64,000 nt of DNA. It comes from Gammaproteobacteria bacterium. Lineage in GTDB: Bacteria; Pseudomonadota; Gammaproteobacteria; Eutrophobiales; Eutrophobiaceae. Location of the stretch: positions 608,001 through 672,000 of the forward strand of contig CBDCDS010000003.1 of the NCBI GenBank assembly GCA_965215365.1. The letters run 5' to 3'. Both the position numbers and the translations under genes were made by a program. The notes under the pieces were generated by a model. That model was given only the letters and a program-made list of their open reading frames with translations. It made no database searches and was not told the origin of the DNA. Shown here one piece after another: positions 63,610-64,000 of this stretch (positions are counted from its first letter, which is position 1; every line of letters starts with the position of its first letter).

Positions 63610-64000
63610 ATGCGCATAATACACTTACTGGTTTCATGCTTGCTGTGGGCGGCGGTCGTCCCGGCTTTGGCTCAGGATCACTCCCACGACCACAGCGGCC
63701 CTGCCTACACCGAAATCAAACCCGCGTTGCCTACTATGTCAGGCGACAGGATCGAGGTGGCGGAGATTTTCTGGTACGGCTGTTCCCACTGCTTCTCATT
63801 TGAACCACACATCAAATCCTGGCTCAAAACCAAGCCCGAGGATGTAGAGTTCCGCTTAGTGCCCGCGGTACTCAACAGTCGCTGGGCGATCCACGGTCGC
63901 GGTTACTTTGCGGCGGAGAAAATGGGCGCGCTGGAGCAGTTCCACACTCCGCTGTTCAAGGCTCTGCACGTAAAACAACGCAATATTTTCACCCGGGATA
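63610..64000 (+). CDS. dsbA: Thiol:disulfide interchange protein DsbA (runs off the window end)
   Basis: Manual translation: signal peptide, IEVAEIFWYGCSHCFSFEP. Confidence 0.9.
   Translation, partial: MRIIHLLVSCLLWAAVVPALAQDHSHDHSGPAYTEIKPALPTMSGDRIEVAEIFWYGCSHCFSFEPHIKSWLKTKPEDVEFRLVPAVLNSRWAIHGRGYFAAEKMGALEQFHTPLFKALHVKQRNIFTRD

Overview
A GC-rich (about 60%) gammaproteobacterial chromosome segment that appears to lie at or near the replication origin. It carries dnaN-recF with two parS sites inside recF, and gene orientation tends to diverge around 37 kb, but there is no adjacent dnaA or gyrB. The housekeeping backbone comprises mutM, ggt, coaD, rsmD, two M16 peptidases, ftsY, xth, prlC, bfr, ferredoxin, hydantoinase/oxoprolinase A/B, mtfA, rsfS-nadD-proA-holA-lptE-leuS, comEA, bamC-dapA-gcvR-bcp-perM, heme A/O synthesis genes, rpoH, rpmE, engB and c4-resB-ccsB-dsbA. 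It is heavily interrupted by mobile DNA: an ISNCY/ISDol1-like IS (9-bp TSD), IS481 (5-bp TSD) plus a deleted copy, IS1634 (304-bp direct repeat), an IS66 element (8-bp TSD), IS4 and IS630 remnants, a prophage tail remnant, a Hpy99I-like R-M pair and two families of dispersed MITE-like repeats. The most notable observations are: (1) an intact IS66 element that carries a compact DNA adenine methyltransferase inside its terminal repeats; (2) three exported-protein genes with simple-sequence repeats in their signal-peptide codons, two of them frameshifted OFF, suggesting phase variation; (3) two inverted AAA-ATPase paralogs with apparently identical 632-bp 3' halves bracketing about 45 kb, whose inversion would restore ftsY-rpoH orientation; (4) a 239-bp MITE that forms tandem arrays and supplies start codons to prlC and resB; and (5) a DARS-like DnaA-box triad and a CIRCE upstream of rpoH. 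No rRNA, tRNA or CRISPR array was seen. All calls were made by eye, and family names are from recalled motifs, not database searches.
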